Part shown: positions 1-12,600 of the stretch, in pieces
How positions within the stretch are numbered: the first letter of the stretch is position 1
Layout of the letters: each line of letters starts with the position of its first letter
Assembly: GCA_036172245.1 (NCBI GenBank)
Contig: JAYWIR010000028.1
Coordinates: 744,001 to 808,000 of the forward strand
DNA length: 64,000 nucleotides
Source: Raillietiella orientalis
Taxonomy: Eukaryota
Direction: 5' to 3'
Made by a program: the position numbers and the translations under genes
The notes under the pieces: model-generated
What the model was told of the DNA's origin: nothing
Database searches by the model: none
The model's input: the letters and a program-made list of their open reading frames with translations, nothing else

Positions 1-1149
1 CAGGCGCTCCGGGGTTCCGCGCACGCATTCGCATTACGCATTTCGCCAAATTCCTCGAGCCTCAAGAAGAATGCATGCATGCACGCGGTCCAGCGGCTGG
101 ATGTGTAGCTTCGCATGCTTCGGAATCTACGCTTTGCCTGGGGCAGCTACCGCAGGAGCTCCCGGTAGTATCCCTCAAACTTAAAACTCTTCCGGGGAAA
201 CAGTTCTCGGGATCCCAGCCTCCGAGCAGCTTATCAGTGAGAGTTCTTCTCAGGCATCGCTCCTCGTTTCTTGTTCAACACGCGAGACACTCGATATCGT
301 TTCTGCTGGAACACTTCCTATGTCGCGTGCAGGAAGCAGCAGTTCGCAGGTTGGTTCCTCCTGTCCTCTCCTTTCGAAGGACCCACAGATTTTCCCGCAC
401 GTCTCGAATGAAGCGGAAGAACTTTCGTACAGCTTTCCAAGTCCTGGGATCTTTCTGCTGTATTCAGAGGGCTTCCCGGAACTCGGGGAAAATTTTTTTT
501 TTTAGCCCCCAGAACTCAATTTCACCCTCGTGGCTTCGTGGCATGTGCCACGCGAAGAGAACGCGAAGCAAGATGCCTCTAGTGCCACTGGAACAGTTCG
601 TTTCGATCGGAACTTCTTTTCCCCTTAATGAATGCGTCAGTCGATCACGTTGGAAACAGTCTCGTCAGATCGTTTCCTATGGCAACAACGTGAGGATCGC
701 AGACGCGAGATCTCATTCGCAACCCATGTGCAAACCCGCATATTGCATGTTGGGTCATGCATGTTGTCTGTGTGCATTCTTATTCGTCCATGTTGAATAC
801 CTTTGTAAATGTACGCGAGCATAATTTGCATCTGCATGTACACGAAGTGCTATACATATTTATGCTGAGAAACACAAAGCAATCATCTGGGAAGTAATGA
901 AACATTTGAGACAACGATCAAGTCATCCAACAAAAAAACTTCCGCGCAAAGATTAGTGGGAACAACCGATTCCCAGATGAGGCTGTGATGCTCTATGAGA
1001 CCCAAAGACACGGAGGTTCTTAAACTCGGATTTACTTCTAGAGAAAGGAGCTTTCGGTTCCCGTTGGAATTCCACCGATCACTACAGTTGATTTTATCCT
1101 TCCCATCCAAGCGAAGCTGTCCGCAGGAATCCGGTGGGTGAGTCTGCAT

Positions 1150-2750
1150 GCGTCTTCGCTCCACCTATCCGGACCCAATAGGTCCGATGAGGAAGCAAAA
1201 TCATGAAGCTAGGAGTATTCTGAATTGGTCACTTTGCTCAGCTGGTTTTATTTAACTGCATTGCCCTCCCTCGCATGGCGAAGACCTCCCGAGGTCCTTT
1301 GAAAAGGAGCCTGTAAATTCTGTTGGAATTCATGGAGCTCCACTTCAGCTTGAAGGCTGCCTGTGCACGAAAGCCCGACGGACCAGGCTGAAAGAATTGA
1401 GGACGTCCACCACAAGGATTTTCTCTCGTGAGACGAGCGAGGTTCCTTTCTACTCCAAAGTGACAAATTTCTCCACGTGGACTGCTTCGTGACTGTCGAA
1501 ATGCAGCACGTCCTCAGCTCCAGAAAGAGAACTGAAGTTCATTGGTCGGAAGGCGGTTCGTAGAAGATTCCTTCTATTGGGAATCAGGACAAGAGCTCGG
1601 GGATTCACGATCAGCATGAAATGAACGCGGCGAAATGATTTCACGAGGAACGGAAAAGCTGAACCCACAGGCATCCTCGTTATCACTGAGCTGAGACGCG
1701 TGGAAAAAATTCTCATCCTGGTTTTCCAGGAGAGGAAAAGTTGAAAATGGAAAGGTCAGCCCCTCCCCGTTAGGAAGGGGGTATGGGTGTCCCTCCGGAG
1801 AGAATGAGGAAGGAGATTCCCTTCGGGGTTCCCCTTCGGAGACAACCAGGGGGGGAGGCGCGATCCCCCCCGGACGGGGGGGATCTCTCCCCAAGTGTGA
1901 GAGGAACGGACTCCGAGCCCTTCCTGACCCTTCATAGGGCGGACCCAAAGCATGTAGGGGTGATGGAAATCGCCCCCAAATCCACCATTGTCCTCAGCTT
2001 CGGAGTCGTGATTTCGTGGATTAATGGGTGCATGATGGCCGCGCGGAAGAAAAGCGGCGGTTGACTTTGCATCGGGAAAATGTGTCGTAGAACGGACGAT
2101 GCACGTTTTTGCAAGGGTTTTTTCTGATAAGCTAAGATGACCGATGACTTTTCCTTCCTTCTTCCAGCTGTAGTCTCGACCCATTCGACCCACAATGAAA
2201 ACGAAGCCACAATGAGACGGTCAGAGCAACAAAGCTAAAGTTAGCTTCAGCACGTTTAAGATGTCCTTAGAGCCTTGAGGCAACTTGTGGTTTCCATCCA
2301 ATAGATAAAACGACTTGCTACATGTATTCGGGGTGCAGAGCAGCATCCAAGACAGTTCTGGAGATCTTGAATGAGACAGACAAGTGGGATCTAGTCTGAC
2401 GCTGATAGATAAGGGAGATTGAGGAGAATGAAACGAGGATGATTGCTAATGTAACGGGAAAGAATCACGGGAAAAGGCATGAGCCTGGAAGATTAAGTAT
2501 CACGAAGAATAGGAGGTGGAAGATATGAGTGCTTCCTTTTTGGAAGAGCATCTGAATGTATACATCTGAATGTATTTAAGAAGTAGATAATTAGATTGCT
2601 TTGAGATTCTCAGATGTACACCCTCTGTTTGCGTCTGATGTGACATGAACGGAAAGTAAAAAGAACAGGAAGGGTCCCCAGAGTGAAGGGTGCACGGAAG
2701 ACCAAATCTGTTCACAGAACAAGTGACTTCCCGACCAGCACCACGTCCAG
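1150..2750 (+). mobile_element. Degenerate RTE-like LINE remnant (endonuclease fragment plus C-terminal fragment)
   Basis: Hand translation with stops and frameshifts: NERGEMISRGTEKLN..KKFSSWFS resembles the RTE endonuclease N.RGE.L..F..NT.F..K.TW motif. FGVVISWING..ATKLKL..LEILNETDKWDLV..IRE resembles the post-RT region. Boundaries approximate. Confidence 0.35.
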
Positions 2751-3099
2751 TCGCAGCCTCTTTCGAAACAGTATTTTGAAAGTGGGAAGTCGAGGACAGA
2801 AAGGACCATCAAGTGTGCATTTCTTGTGATCTTCTAGTTTGACATGAGCTTCAAAAGGGATCCGGTAATCTGCTCTGAATGCTTGTAGTAGCCGCAGGGC
2901 ATTTCTCGCCGCGAGTCAAGAAGCGCGCGAATCCCCCCCTCCTTTGTCTTCTACTCAAGCTCCTCAGACGAATCCCCTTCCATCCCACAAAGAGTTTTGC
3001 GAAGAGAATCGTGTCTCATGAGACCATAAGGAGCGATTTGAAATCTTGAATGGCAAGCGCGCTCATGAGGCTCCGATAGTGTTTGGGAGTGAAAGCAAA

Positions 3100-3800
3100 G
3101 CGGTAAATCAGGACAATTTCATCCAGAAATGCGTGCACAAATATCGGCCACCGGCGTGGGAAGTGGCAAAGGGGACGAACCCAAGTTTCCTACGCAGCTC
3201 ATTTTCCCTAATTTCAGCTACTCGGCTCTCTGGATTTCGATCCGAAGGGCACTTCACTCGAATTGGGGCGAAGCCGTGGAGGAGGAGGAACACCTGCCGC
3301 TTGCGGTGGCTGAGATCGCGTGCTCCGGGAGGTTAGCTAAAGACTCCCCACACTTGAAGATGGCGCGGAACGTGGTTTCCCGAAAATGGAATCCGCAGTA
3401 ACCACTTCTTCCGGCACGTGAGGCGACCGAACGAAGTGGGCGCGCGGAAACGTAGGCCAAGAGCTGGAGCATCTCAAGAGGCAAGCAATAAATCGGCTTG
3501 CAATGACATCCTCTAAGCTCCAAGGCACCACTCTGCGACCCGCCTACGCGGACCAACTTGGTCCTTGGCGCCCAGATTTTTCTTAGACATGTGTCCAAAA
3601 CATGATGGCGACATCAGACTTTAGAGCAGGAGAGTGTTACGTGGCACTTGATGAAAGCCGCATCTCCTGAAAGGTGGAATAGCCGGAGGATCCAAAGTCG
3701 GAATCCATGCCACTGGCCATCGCGACTGCCATTGGTGCCTTCCGCCACTCAAGCAAGCCCAGTGGCTCCCGTTTCTCTGCTTTCAGGCGACATGATGCTT
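3100..3800 (-). mobile_element. Degenerate non-LTR reverse transcriptase fragment
   Basis: LRKIWAPRTKLVRVGGSQSGALELRG..GFHFRETTFRAIF resembles the LINE RT region V.VGG..S....L..G..QG followed by a degenerate FADD region. Confidence 0.35.
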
Positions 3801-4068
3801 GCAAACGTTCCCAGCTTATAGGTATCTATGGAAGGGAACGCTTTTCAAGGTATTTTGGGTTTTGTCGTTCTCCTGGAAACTGGAGCTGAAAACACCGCTG
3901 GAAGAGATCGCAGTGGCCAATCGTGAATACCGATATTACCTTTCCTTCGCATGGTGCACACAAGATCAAACGCTCAGCATCACCCTAGCTTTTCAGTAAA
4001 GTGTATCACGTTATTATTCAGACATGACCTGCCAACTCCAAGCGGTAGACACCACTCAGTCGCGTAGG

Positions 4069-7000
4069 TTACAACTGCACGTGCTTGTTAATCTTGAGAG
4101 TGAGGTTTCCCATACCACCTAAGCCACTCAGAATCCCGAATGGCTTGATGAAACCTGAGGATTCTATGGTGGCGTTCAAGGAAATGTCCTTTTTCGGTAC
4201 TTGGGTGGAGCTCGCGGTTTCATCGGTGGGTTCCGTAGGAGGTGTTTCGGTGTCATCGGTGGGTTCCGTAGGAGGTGTTTCGGTGTCATCGGTGGGTTCC
4301 GTAGGAGGTGTTTCGGTGTCATCCGTGGGTTCCGTAGGAGGTGTTTCGGTGTCATCGGTGGGTTCCGTAGGAGGTGTTTCGGTGTCATCGGTGGGTTCCG
4401 TAGGAGGTGTTTCGGTGTCATCGGTGGGTTCCGTAGGAGGTGTTTCGGTGTCATCGGTGGGTTCCGTAGGAGGTGTTTCGGTGTCATCGGTGGGTACCGT
4501 AGGAGGTGTTTCGGTGTCATCGGTGGGTTCCGTAGGAGGTGTTTCGGTGTCATCGGTGGGTTTCGTGGGAGGAGTTACCGTTGGACATTCAGTTGGCGAG
4601 GTATCGTCCGTGGGTTTCGTGGGATGTGTTCCCGGAGTCGACTTCGTGGGCGGAGTTACCGTTGGACATTCAGTTGGTGAGGTATCGTCCGTGGGTTTCG
4701 TGGGATGTGTTCCCGGAGTCGACTTCGTGGGCGGAGTTACCGTTGGACATTCAGTTGGCGAGGTATCGTCCGTGGGTTTCGTGGGATGTGTTCCCGGAGT
4801 CGACTTCGTGGGCGGAGTTACCGTTGGACATTCAGTTGGCGAGGTATCGTCCGTGGGTTTCGTGGGATGTGTTCCCGGAGTCGACTTCGTGGGCGGAGTT
4901 ACCGTTGGACATTCAGTTGGCGAGGTATCGTCCGTGGGTTTCGTGGGATGTGTTCCCGGAGTCGACTTCGTGGGCGGAGTTACCGTTGGACATTCAGTTG
5001 GCGAGGTATCGTCCGTGGGTTTCGTGGGATGTGTTCCCGGAGTCGACTTCGTGGGCGGAGTTACCGTTGGACATTCAGTTGGCGAGGTATCGTCCGTGGG
5101 TTTCGTAGGAGGTGTTCCGGGAGTCGGTTTCGTGGGAGGTGTTCCGGGAGTCGGTTTCGTGGGAGGTGTTCCGGGAGTCGGTTTCGTGGGAGGAGTTCCG
5201 GGAGTCGGTTTCGTGGGAGGAGTTCCGGGAGTCGGTTTCGTGGGAGGAGTTCCGGGAGTCGGTTTCGTGGGAGGTGTTCCCGGAGTCGGTTTCGTGGGAG
5301 GTGTTCCCGGAGTCGGCTTCGTGGGAGGTGTTCCCGGAGTCGGCTTCGTGGGAGGTGTTCCGGGAGTCGGTTTCGTGGGAGGAGTTCCGGGAGTCGGTTT
5401 CGTGGGAGGTGTTCCGGGAGTCGGTTTCGTGGGAGGAGTTCCGGGAGTCGGTTTCGTGGGAGGTGTTCCCGGAGTCGGTTTCGTGGGAGGTGTTCCCGGA
5501 GTCGGCTTCGTGGGAGGTGTTCCCGGAGTCGGCTTCGTGGGAGGTGTTCCGGGAGTCGGTTTCGTGGGAGGAGTTCCGGGAGTCGGTTTCGTGGGAGGTG
5601 TTCCGGGAGTCGGTTTCGTGGGAGGAGTTCCGGGAGTCGGTTTCGTGGGAGGTGTTCCCGGAGTCGGTTTCGTGGGAGGTGTTCCCGGAGTCGGCTTCGT
5701 GGGAGGTGTTCCCGGAGTCGGCTTCGTGGGAGGTGTTCCGGGAGTCGGTTTCGTGGGAGGAGTTCCGGGAGTCGGCTTCGTGGGAGGTGTTCCCGGAGTC
5801 GGCTTCGTGGGAGGCGTTCCCGGAGTCGGTTTCGTAGGAGGAGTTACCGTTGGACATTCAGTTGACGTGGTTTCGTCCGTGGGTTTCGTGGGAGGTGTTC
5901 CCGGAGTCGGCTTCGTGGGAGGCGTTCCCGGAGTCGGTTTCGTAGGAGGAGTTACCGTTGGACATTCAGTTGACGTGGTTTCGTCCGTGGGTTTCGTGGG
6001 AGGTGTTCCCGGAGTCGGCTTCGTGGGAGGCGTTCCCGGAGTCGGTTTCGTAGGAGGAGTTACCGTTGGACATTCAGTTGACGTGGTTTCGTCCGTGGGT
6101 TTCGTGGGAGGTGTTCCCGGAGTCGGCTTCGTGGGAGGTGTTCCCGAAGTCGACTCCGTGGGAGTTATGGTTGGACATTCTGTCGAAGTGGTTTCTGAGG
6201 ATTCTGTGGGAGAGCTTGAAGATGGCTGCGTGGTGCTTTTTTGCGGCGTCGTGCATGGGTGTTTTATGCAAAAAATCTTTTTGCCTATTTCTATGGAGGT
6301 GTTTAGCAGTTTGGTTATTCCAGGAATTATTCTTTTTGTGCTGCTGATTTCCACGTTGAGGATTCCTGTGAGGCTCCTTAGGGCTTTGTTGTACCAAACA
6401 GTTTTAAATTTCTTGTTTAGTGTGTGCTTTATATCTCGTAGGAGTGCAGTGAGGGACGATGATGTGATCTGAGCTTGTTTCCCGATGTCCCGATTTATGG
6501 ATTCCACGGATGTGATCAAAGGTCTTAGGTGCTGGAGGTACTGACTCTGCTCTCCGGTAGGTTTGGATGTTCCGCGTGGGCAGTCAAATTGGTAAGGCGA
6601 CCTGCAAACTCTCAAATCCTTGTCGAAATTTAGGTCAAGTGGACAACTAAAGTTGTATTTTTTTTCTCCGTAGCATTGGTAGAAGGTTTTGCAATCTTCG
6701 TGAACCCTTGAAAACTGAATGGTTTCTTCCTTGCTGCACTGGGTATTGCGTTTCTTCCGTACTCCTTCTTGAGGATACCTGAAAGTCAAAGAGAGCTCTT
6801 AATTCGAAGACATTTCAGAGAAAGTTCGCAGCGGAAGCTGCGTGACTGCCAATCTTATGGTTGTTCCACTTCCTTTCTATTGCTCCAATACATTTTCTGA
6901 CAAGACCCTTATCCATTTCTACTTTTCTTGCTGTCTCCATTGCTGGCTGCTTACGGAGCTCCTCTTTATTCTTTGATCATTGATCGCATACCTTCAAAGA

Positions 7001-8714
7001 TTTTGAGGAACCGCAAATTGGGATCGGTTGGATGCAGCTGGCAGGAAGAAATCGGAACTGTCGGTGGAGGGGCGCAATTCGCCCATTTGGCTCGCTGATG
7101 CTTCGAAAATCCATGCCTTCAAAGAGGAACTGCATCCGTGGCTCGTCTGAGGTCTGAGGCAGGAGCTGCTGGGCAAAAAGAGAAAACGCAAAAGATGCCC
7201 ATCACAAGCACGTGAACGAGGAAGATTAAATTGAAGGTCTCTTGCGCCGGCATGGCATTGAACTTTTATGTGACTCAGGACTGGTTAGAACGAGTGATTG
7301 GTCACTTTGATCGATCATTCTGCGCTCACAGGTCGCTGCTTATGTTTCCTGAGCAATCCAAATCTTTCAGAACAGAGGCATTGCCTGTGGGAATGGTTTC
7401 CTTCCTTTTCACTGCCGCTCAGTGGATGCTTCACGGACCTTTCACTCACACACCACCTTTTTTTTGTCAGAAAAGGATCAGAGCGCGGAAGAAGATGTTT
7501 TTTTCTCCCAGAGCTGCTACCAGAAAACGATCGCAACTTCCGGCTGTGAGCCAAGCTCAAGGGGCGAGTTCTAGGACTCGTAGAGGGAACGCCCTCGCCG
7601 AAGGGGTATTTTGCAAGGGCCGCAGTAGCTGCCTTCCTACCTCTTTTGTTCCACGGAACACAGAGTTTCCTCGGCATCTTTACAGGTCGAGGATCTGACG
7701 TCGAACAGTTTGAGCGACGGGCACACGAACCGCGACGCCCTGCCATCTCGACAGGCGTAGAATTCTGCGCACGACTCGAGGCTCGGGACGAAGGTGGGCT
7801 CGGTGCTCCGGTATTGCGAGCATGTCTCGTAGATGTGTGGGTCAATGCCGCGCTCCTTCTGGGAGCTGGCTTCACCCTCTTTCAAGGGCGATTCCCGATG
7901 CCTGAGGTCCTTTTCTGCATTGAGAGTAAGCACTGACGAAAATGCGGCTGCGAAGAGCGCTGCATATGTGAGGATTCTGGAAAGCACAAACGTCAAGGGA
8001 CACGAGCGCCTGACCACCTCTGCGGGTGAATCGCGGGTGCTCGTACGGAGAACTACATTACAATCCATCGCCCTTTGTGTAAGGGAGCGCCTTTGCAGCT
8101 CCATCTCTTCAGGGAGACACACTGTCTTGACCGATGCTTGCAATACTCATCTGTCTGAATTTTCACGTTACTCCCCCCCACCTCCCCACCGGGACACCAA
8201 CACGCACCCTCGTTATGAGGCAGCTGTGCTTCCGCTTGTTTGGACTTTGGCAGCGAAACGACCGCCCTGTACCAACTCATTAGGCATACCGAACGCTTTT
8301 CACTTTATCCTTTTTGTAGCGAATTTGTGGCAGATCAGAGGTCACACCTTCATTCCGTTTCTTTATGAAACTATCTCGGATGTGTGTGTCCCTCCACCAC
8401 TCTGGACCCGAGCTCTAATAAAACACCGGAGAGCTACACGCAAATCCTCGATGCCAGCAAAGTGGCTGCTACTTAAGAGAATGTAGCAGCTCTCCCGGCC
8501 GGGCACGTACGTGTCATGACCGATCAATAAAAATACCATTTCCGAAAATACCTTTGGTTAAGTGGCAGCTAATTAGAAAATCGGGCTCTTTTGTTTTCGA
8601 ATTAACTGCTGTCCGATCCGGGAACTTGATTCAAGAATCAATTACAATTCGGAGCTCAATTATTAGTCACGAACTGCTTACTAATCAAAGGGAATGCTTA
8701 GACTCTTACCCCAT
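4069..8714 (-). CDS. Secreted chitin-binding (2x peritrophin-A/CBM14) mucin-like repeat protein, paralogue A (~1016 aa, 3 coding exons)
   Basis: Exons 8714-8710 (ATG GG|GTAAGA), 7976-7641 (TTTCCAG| ... AAGAG|GTAGG) and 6778-4069 (TTTCAG| ... TAA). Both introns are phase 2 and the total of 3051 nt is in frame. The spliced N-terminus MGILTYAALFAAAFSSVLTLNA looks like a signal peptide. Two canonical 6-Cys CBM14 domains (CSQY..CAEFYAC..CPSLKLFD..C..C; CSKE..CKTFYQC..CPLDLNFD..C..C) precede a helical region, ~680 aa of Pro/Thr repeats and a non-repetitive C-terminus. Exon 1 is less certain than exons 2-3. Confidence 0.88.
4210..6200 (-). repeat. Coding tandem repeat array in paralogue A (27-, 81-, 108- and 33-nt units)
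   Basis: About 27 copies of a 27-nt unit (PPTKPTPGT) at ~5100-5835; 7 copies of an 81-nt unit containing TECPT (anchors at 4583, 4664 ... 5069); 108-nt units (anchors 5852, 5960); about 10 copies of a 33-nt unit (PPTEPTDDTET) at ~4215-4560. Confidence 0.95.
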
Positions 8715-9699
8715 ATAACAGGATTGGAAGGCCAAAAGTTCGGGACAACTCGGCAAGCAATACTGTTTTAGCTGCCACACCAGTGCTCACTGGCTCCTCG
8801 TTGGTTCTTGTGAAGACAGGTGACTGTGCCTTTGAACTTTACGGGATTTTTCTTCAAATCACGGATTCGGGAAAGGTAACTGAACGCTGCTTCATCCCAG
8901 TCAAGAAGCGAAAAGTAAAAGAACGCGCCTTTTTTTCCCGTTAAGTTGGCATTTCCTTCGCAAGTAACGAAAATTCTTCCTCGTGTGATTCTTCCGCACC
9001 CATATGGCACTCTGAGAGTCAGAGACAGGGAAACTTCCGCATGCGGTGGGGAGTCGATTAAGCCGAGGTGGAGCACGAAGAGGAAGAAGAAGGGGGAAAA
9101 AAAAACGGAGAGTGACACCGTCAGTCTGAACGAGAAGCGTCCGTTTCTTTAGCTGTTCTCCTATTTCGGAGTTTTTCGCACCAACTGGCCGAGTTGTTTG
9201 CAAATCAGCGCCGAGAAAGTGAATTTCGCTTTCAGAAGGTGAGGGAAAATTCATGCATCTCGAAGAACGTGGGGTAACCTCATGGAGAGGAGAAAAAAAA
9301 AAAAAAAAAAAAAAAAAACGGAAGCATCGAAATCTCAAAGCTCATCGAGCAAGGTCGTCGATGGGTCACGCCGTATGGGGAAAAGGGGAAAGTATCAAAG
9401 GACTGCACAAAAGGAAATCTGCTGCCTCATCACCGTGCCACTGATCTCAGCTGGAATGCACTTTGACGAAAAGGAATGGAGCATTCCAGGATGCCTCGAG
9501 AGGCGCATCATGGATGATCAGTGGGCTTCGTGCGTAATGAAGGATTAGGCCGAATGCAAATCGCTCCAGAAAGCGGCACTGGACGTCGCAACGGCACAGC
9601 TCCGATTCCGGAAGCATCGGAAACCTCGCGAGATAAGGATAACGATATCTGCACGTAAATCGGCATGTCTTGAACGATGCAAACCGACTGTTCCGTCAT

Positions 9700-12600
9700 A
9701 CAGGAATAAAAACACGCACTGAGGTCTTGAAGGTGCGTTTGCAACTCTGTCCTATAGGGACCAAGGAACAGCCAACAACGAGCAGCACTCTCAGTAGCGC
9801 TTGAGGTTCCGTACGCATGTACACGACGTCAAAAGCATAGGCGAGTGCTCAAAGAACTCACGCTGCAGAAGAACAAGACAGTTTCCCGGTATGCATAAAC
9901 CCAAGTCCTCCGAGACGCCAGATGATCGCCGTCCCTGGTGATTGGAGCCATGGAAAGATGCAAAAAGAAATCATGCCAGAAATTAGGCTCCGTCGCTTGT
10001 TTCCTTTCCAGGTGTACCAGATTATGGTACACCGCATCACGAATTTGGTTTCGTGAAGGGAAGCGGAGCAGGTTCCGGTTTCACGCTGAAAACAAGCCTG
10101 CTGGCCGAGGTGACACCCTCAAACATACTCCGCGGCATTCATATTTTCCAGAAAGTTCGAGAGAAAACTGGAATTTGCAGCGCGCCCAATTTCACGGACG
10201 AACGGAAGCGGAAAGAGATGCAGGCGCACCCGAACGCGCACATCTGCGCAAGAACGTACACAATGCACTTCTTATACACAATGTACAAATTCGAACAAGA
10301 GCATCTCGGAAAAAAAAAAAAAAAAAATGCTCAAGAATTGGATTCCTGGAGTTGAAAATGGATCAACCCATCCAGAAATCAGGAAGTCCAATGGAGAAAG
10401 CAAAACCTGTTGGGAGCAGGCAGGAGCACTGCTGTTGAAAAAGCAAAGGGACTTGAAGTTGAATGGGGCCCCTGAGGATGCTGGACAAGGACACCATAGA
10501 AAGTGTCGATCACCATAAAGAAAAACCGCGCTCAATTCATTGACCAATGAGGCAATTCGTCTTATGGTGTTCTTCGAGCATCGGACAACACTCGAAAGAT
10601 AAAGCCCGAATCGAATCTTCATCCATAGCACCCAACTTCTTTAACGCGAATTTGGGTTGTAGGCGTACCCATACCTACACAAACATCGTTGTTTTGATGA
10701 AGAAGGTCGAAGCTTCCCATTTCCTGCAACGTCATGTTCATCCGACACTTTCCTTAGCACCTCCGAGCTACATCGTATGTAATGGAATCTTGTGAGCACT
10801 AGCCAAATAACGTGAAAAAGAAAAGCACGGGACCTACCAGTGGCGATGAGGACAGCAGCGATCGGCACAAAGGGAATAAGAATGAATCCGGAAGAGTAGG
10901 TAGGATTTTCGTTCAAATTCAGTTAGGCCCATGAGTTACGTCATGCCGAATCATTGGGAGAATAGTTTTAGGATCTTTCGAAAAGTTGGAAAAGCAGAAG
11001 GAGCATTTTATGAGTTTGCCTGATCTCCTGAAAGTGAAAGGGATTGCTTTAAAAGCACTCGAAACTTCAGTTTCAGCACATATGGGCACATCTTCACGTC
11101 TTGAGATGGTGCATCAGCATTTATTAGATTACCAGCAGCCCTGGGCATCTGCTGCAGTTGCGTCGGATGCCAGGGGACCTAGCAACGAAGAATGAGAGCG
11201 GTGTACACGGTACACGATCAACGTTGCATCTCTCTATCGCACTATTGCGTCGCATTGGTTCCATCCATACCGGAAAGTTGCTTTCATTCAAGAGGCGAGG
11301 GGCTTCATTGGATTCGCACCCACTGAAAGTTCGTAAACCCACGAAAGCACAGGAAAACATAGTAACTTCGTTCTATGTGTCCGTATTCTTGGACGAAGGC
11401 GCATCTCAGACGAAGTTCTTGTGGAGCCCTCACTGCCCGTCAGGTTCCTCCGAGGTGCCTGCGGTTCCACTCCCCGATCACGAGAATGTAAAAGTGTACT
11501 CAGAGCTGTGTACACATCATCCGCCCAATCGATGGTTCGTCTTCGGATCGGGAACTGCTCACGCCACACAGTAAGCAGTGGCTCGATCGAGTACGGAGTT
11601 GTACATGAGTATTCTTTGATCCGTACAGGCTTTTAAAAGAGTTAAAGTGTGGCGCTTGCTGAAGTTTGGGATTTGTAGGTTCTTTCAGCGGGCACTTTTA
11701 TTTGAATATCCGAAAGCTCTCAAGGTAGACCTTCCGTCATGTATTAGTTGAACTCGTGGCGTAGTACACAAAAAAAAAAAAGACTTTTCTTTGCTCACGA
11801 TCTCTACAAACCGAAGAGGAAAACAGATTTCGATCAAGAGCATGAAGCATTGATGAATGTCAGTCGATATGTATGAACTCCGTGACGTGCAAAACTGCAA
11901 ATTGGCGTGAATTTTTGCAAACAGATCTCGAGTGCTGCAACTTCAGCCTCATCTGTGATGGAGATGTTCCACGTGTTGCGTCAGAGCACTCCTCGGCGGA
12001 TCTTCAGTATTCGCCATAGGAGGCGTTTCACGGGCTCCTGCTCCGATTATCTAAAGTGTCCTCAGGGTGACTTGGGTGACAGTGTTCATCTGTGGAAAAG
12101 CGAAAATAAAGGATTCGTGGAAAGGGACTTGCAAGCTGACAAATGTGGGTGTCAGGTCGGTCACCACAAATGACATTTCGTTCCACATGCTGATCCTCGC
12201 TCCTCCAAGTTTGCTTTTATTCAGCATCAGGTAGCAATCTTCTCTGTGAACTTGAGAGGGAGGTTTAGAAACCTCTCGCACGATTTAAAGCTACGAGCGT
12301 AACCAAGGAAACTGAGGCCGGATCTCCTCAGGAATCGTTGCTTGATCTTTCCTGTCGTTCCCGTATGCCTTCCTGCTGTCTGCCTTTTTGTTGGAAAATG
12401 GAAGTCACATGCAGTGAGATTTCAAATGATGCATTTTGAACATGTGCGCGTGATGCACGCGTGGAAAGGAAGGTACATATCACTTCGTGGCTGAAAAAAG
12501 TCCTGGCGAAAAGGGCTTTGATGAGGGAGAGAGGGAAGCAGGCTTGCGGACAGGTTTAACCCTTCTAGCCTAACTAACTTCAAGGTGCAAGAAGTTTCCA

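Noticed and set aside
75..824. 249-aa plus-strand ORF at the window start
   Set aside because: No recognisable domain or splice structure; probably a chance ORF over a decayed repeat.
4085..6472. 795-aa plus-strand Gly/Val-rich ORF (elastin-like VGGVPGVG) and other alternative-frame ORFs over the repeat
   Set aside because: These are antisense or frame shadows of the repeat. The minus-strand frame has the splice sites, signal peptide, CBM14 domains and paralogous tail.
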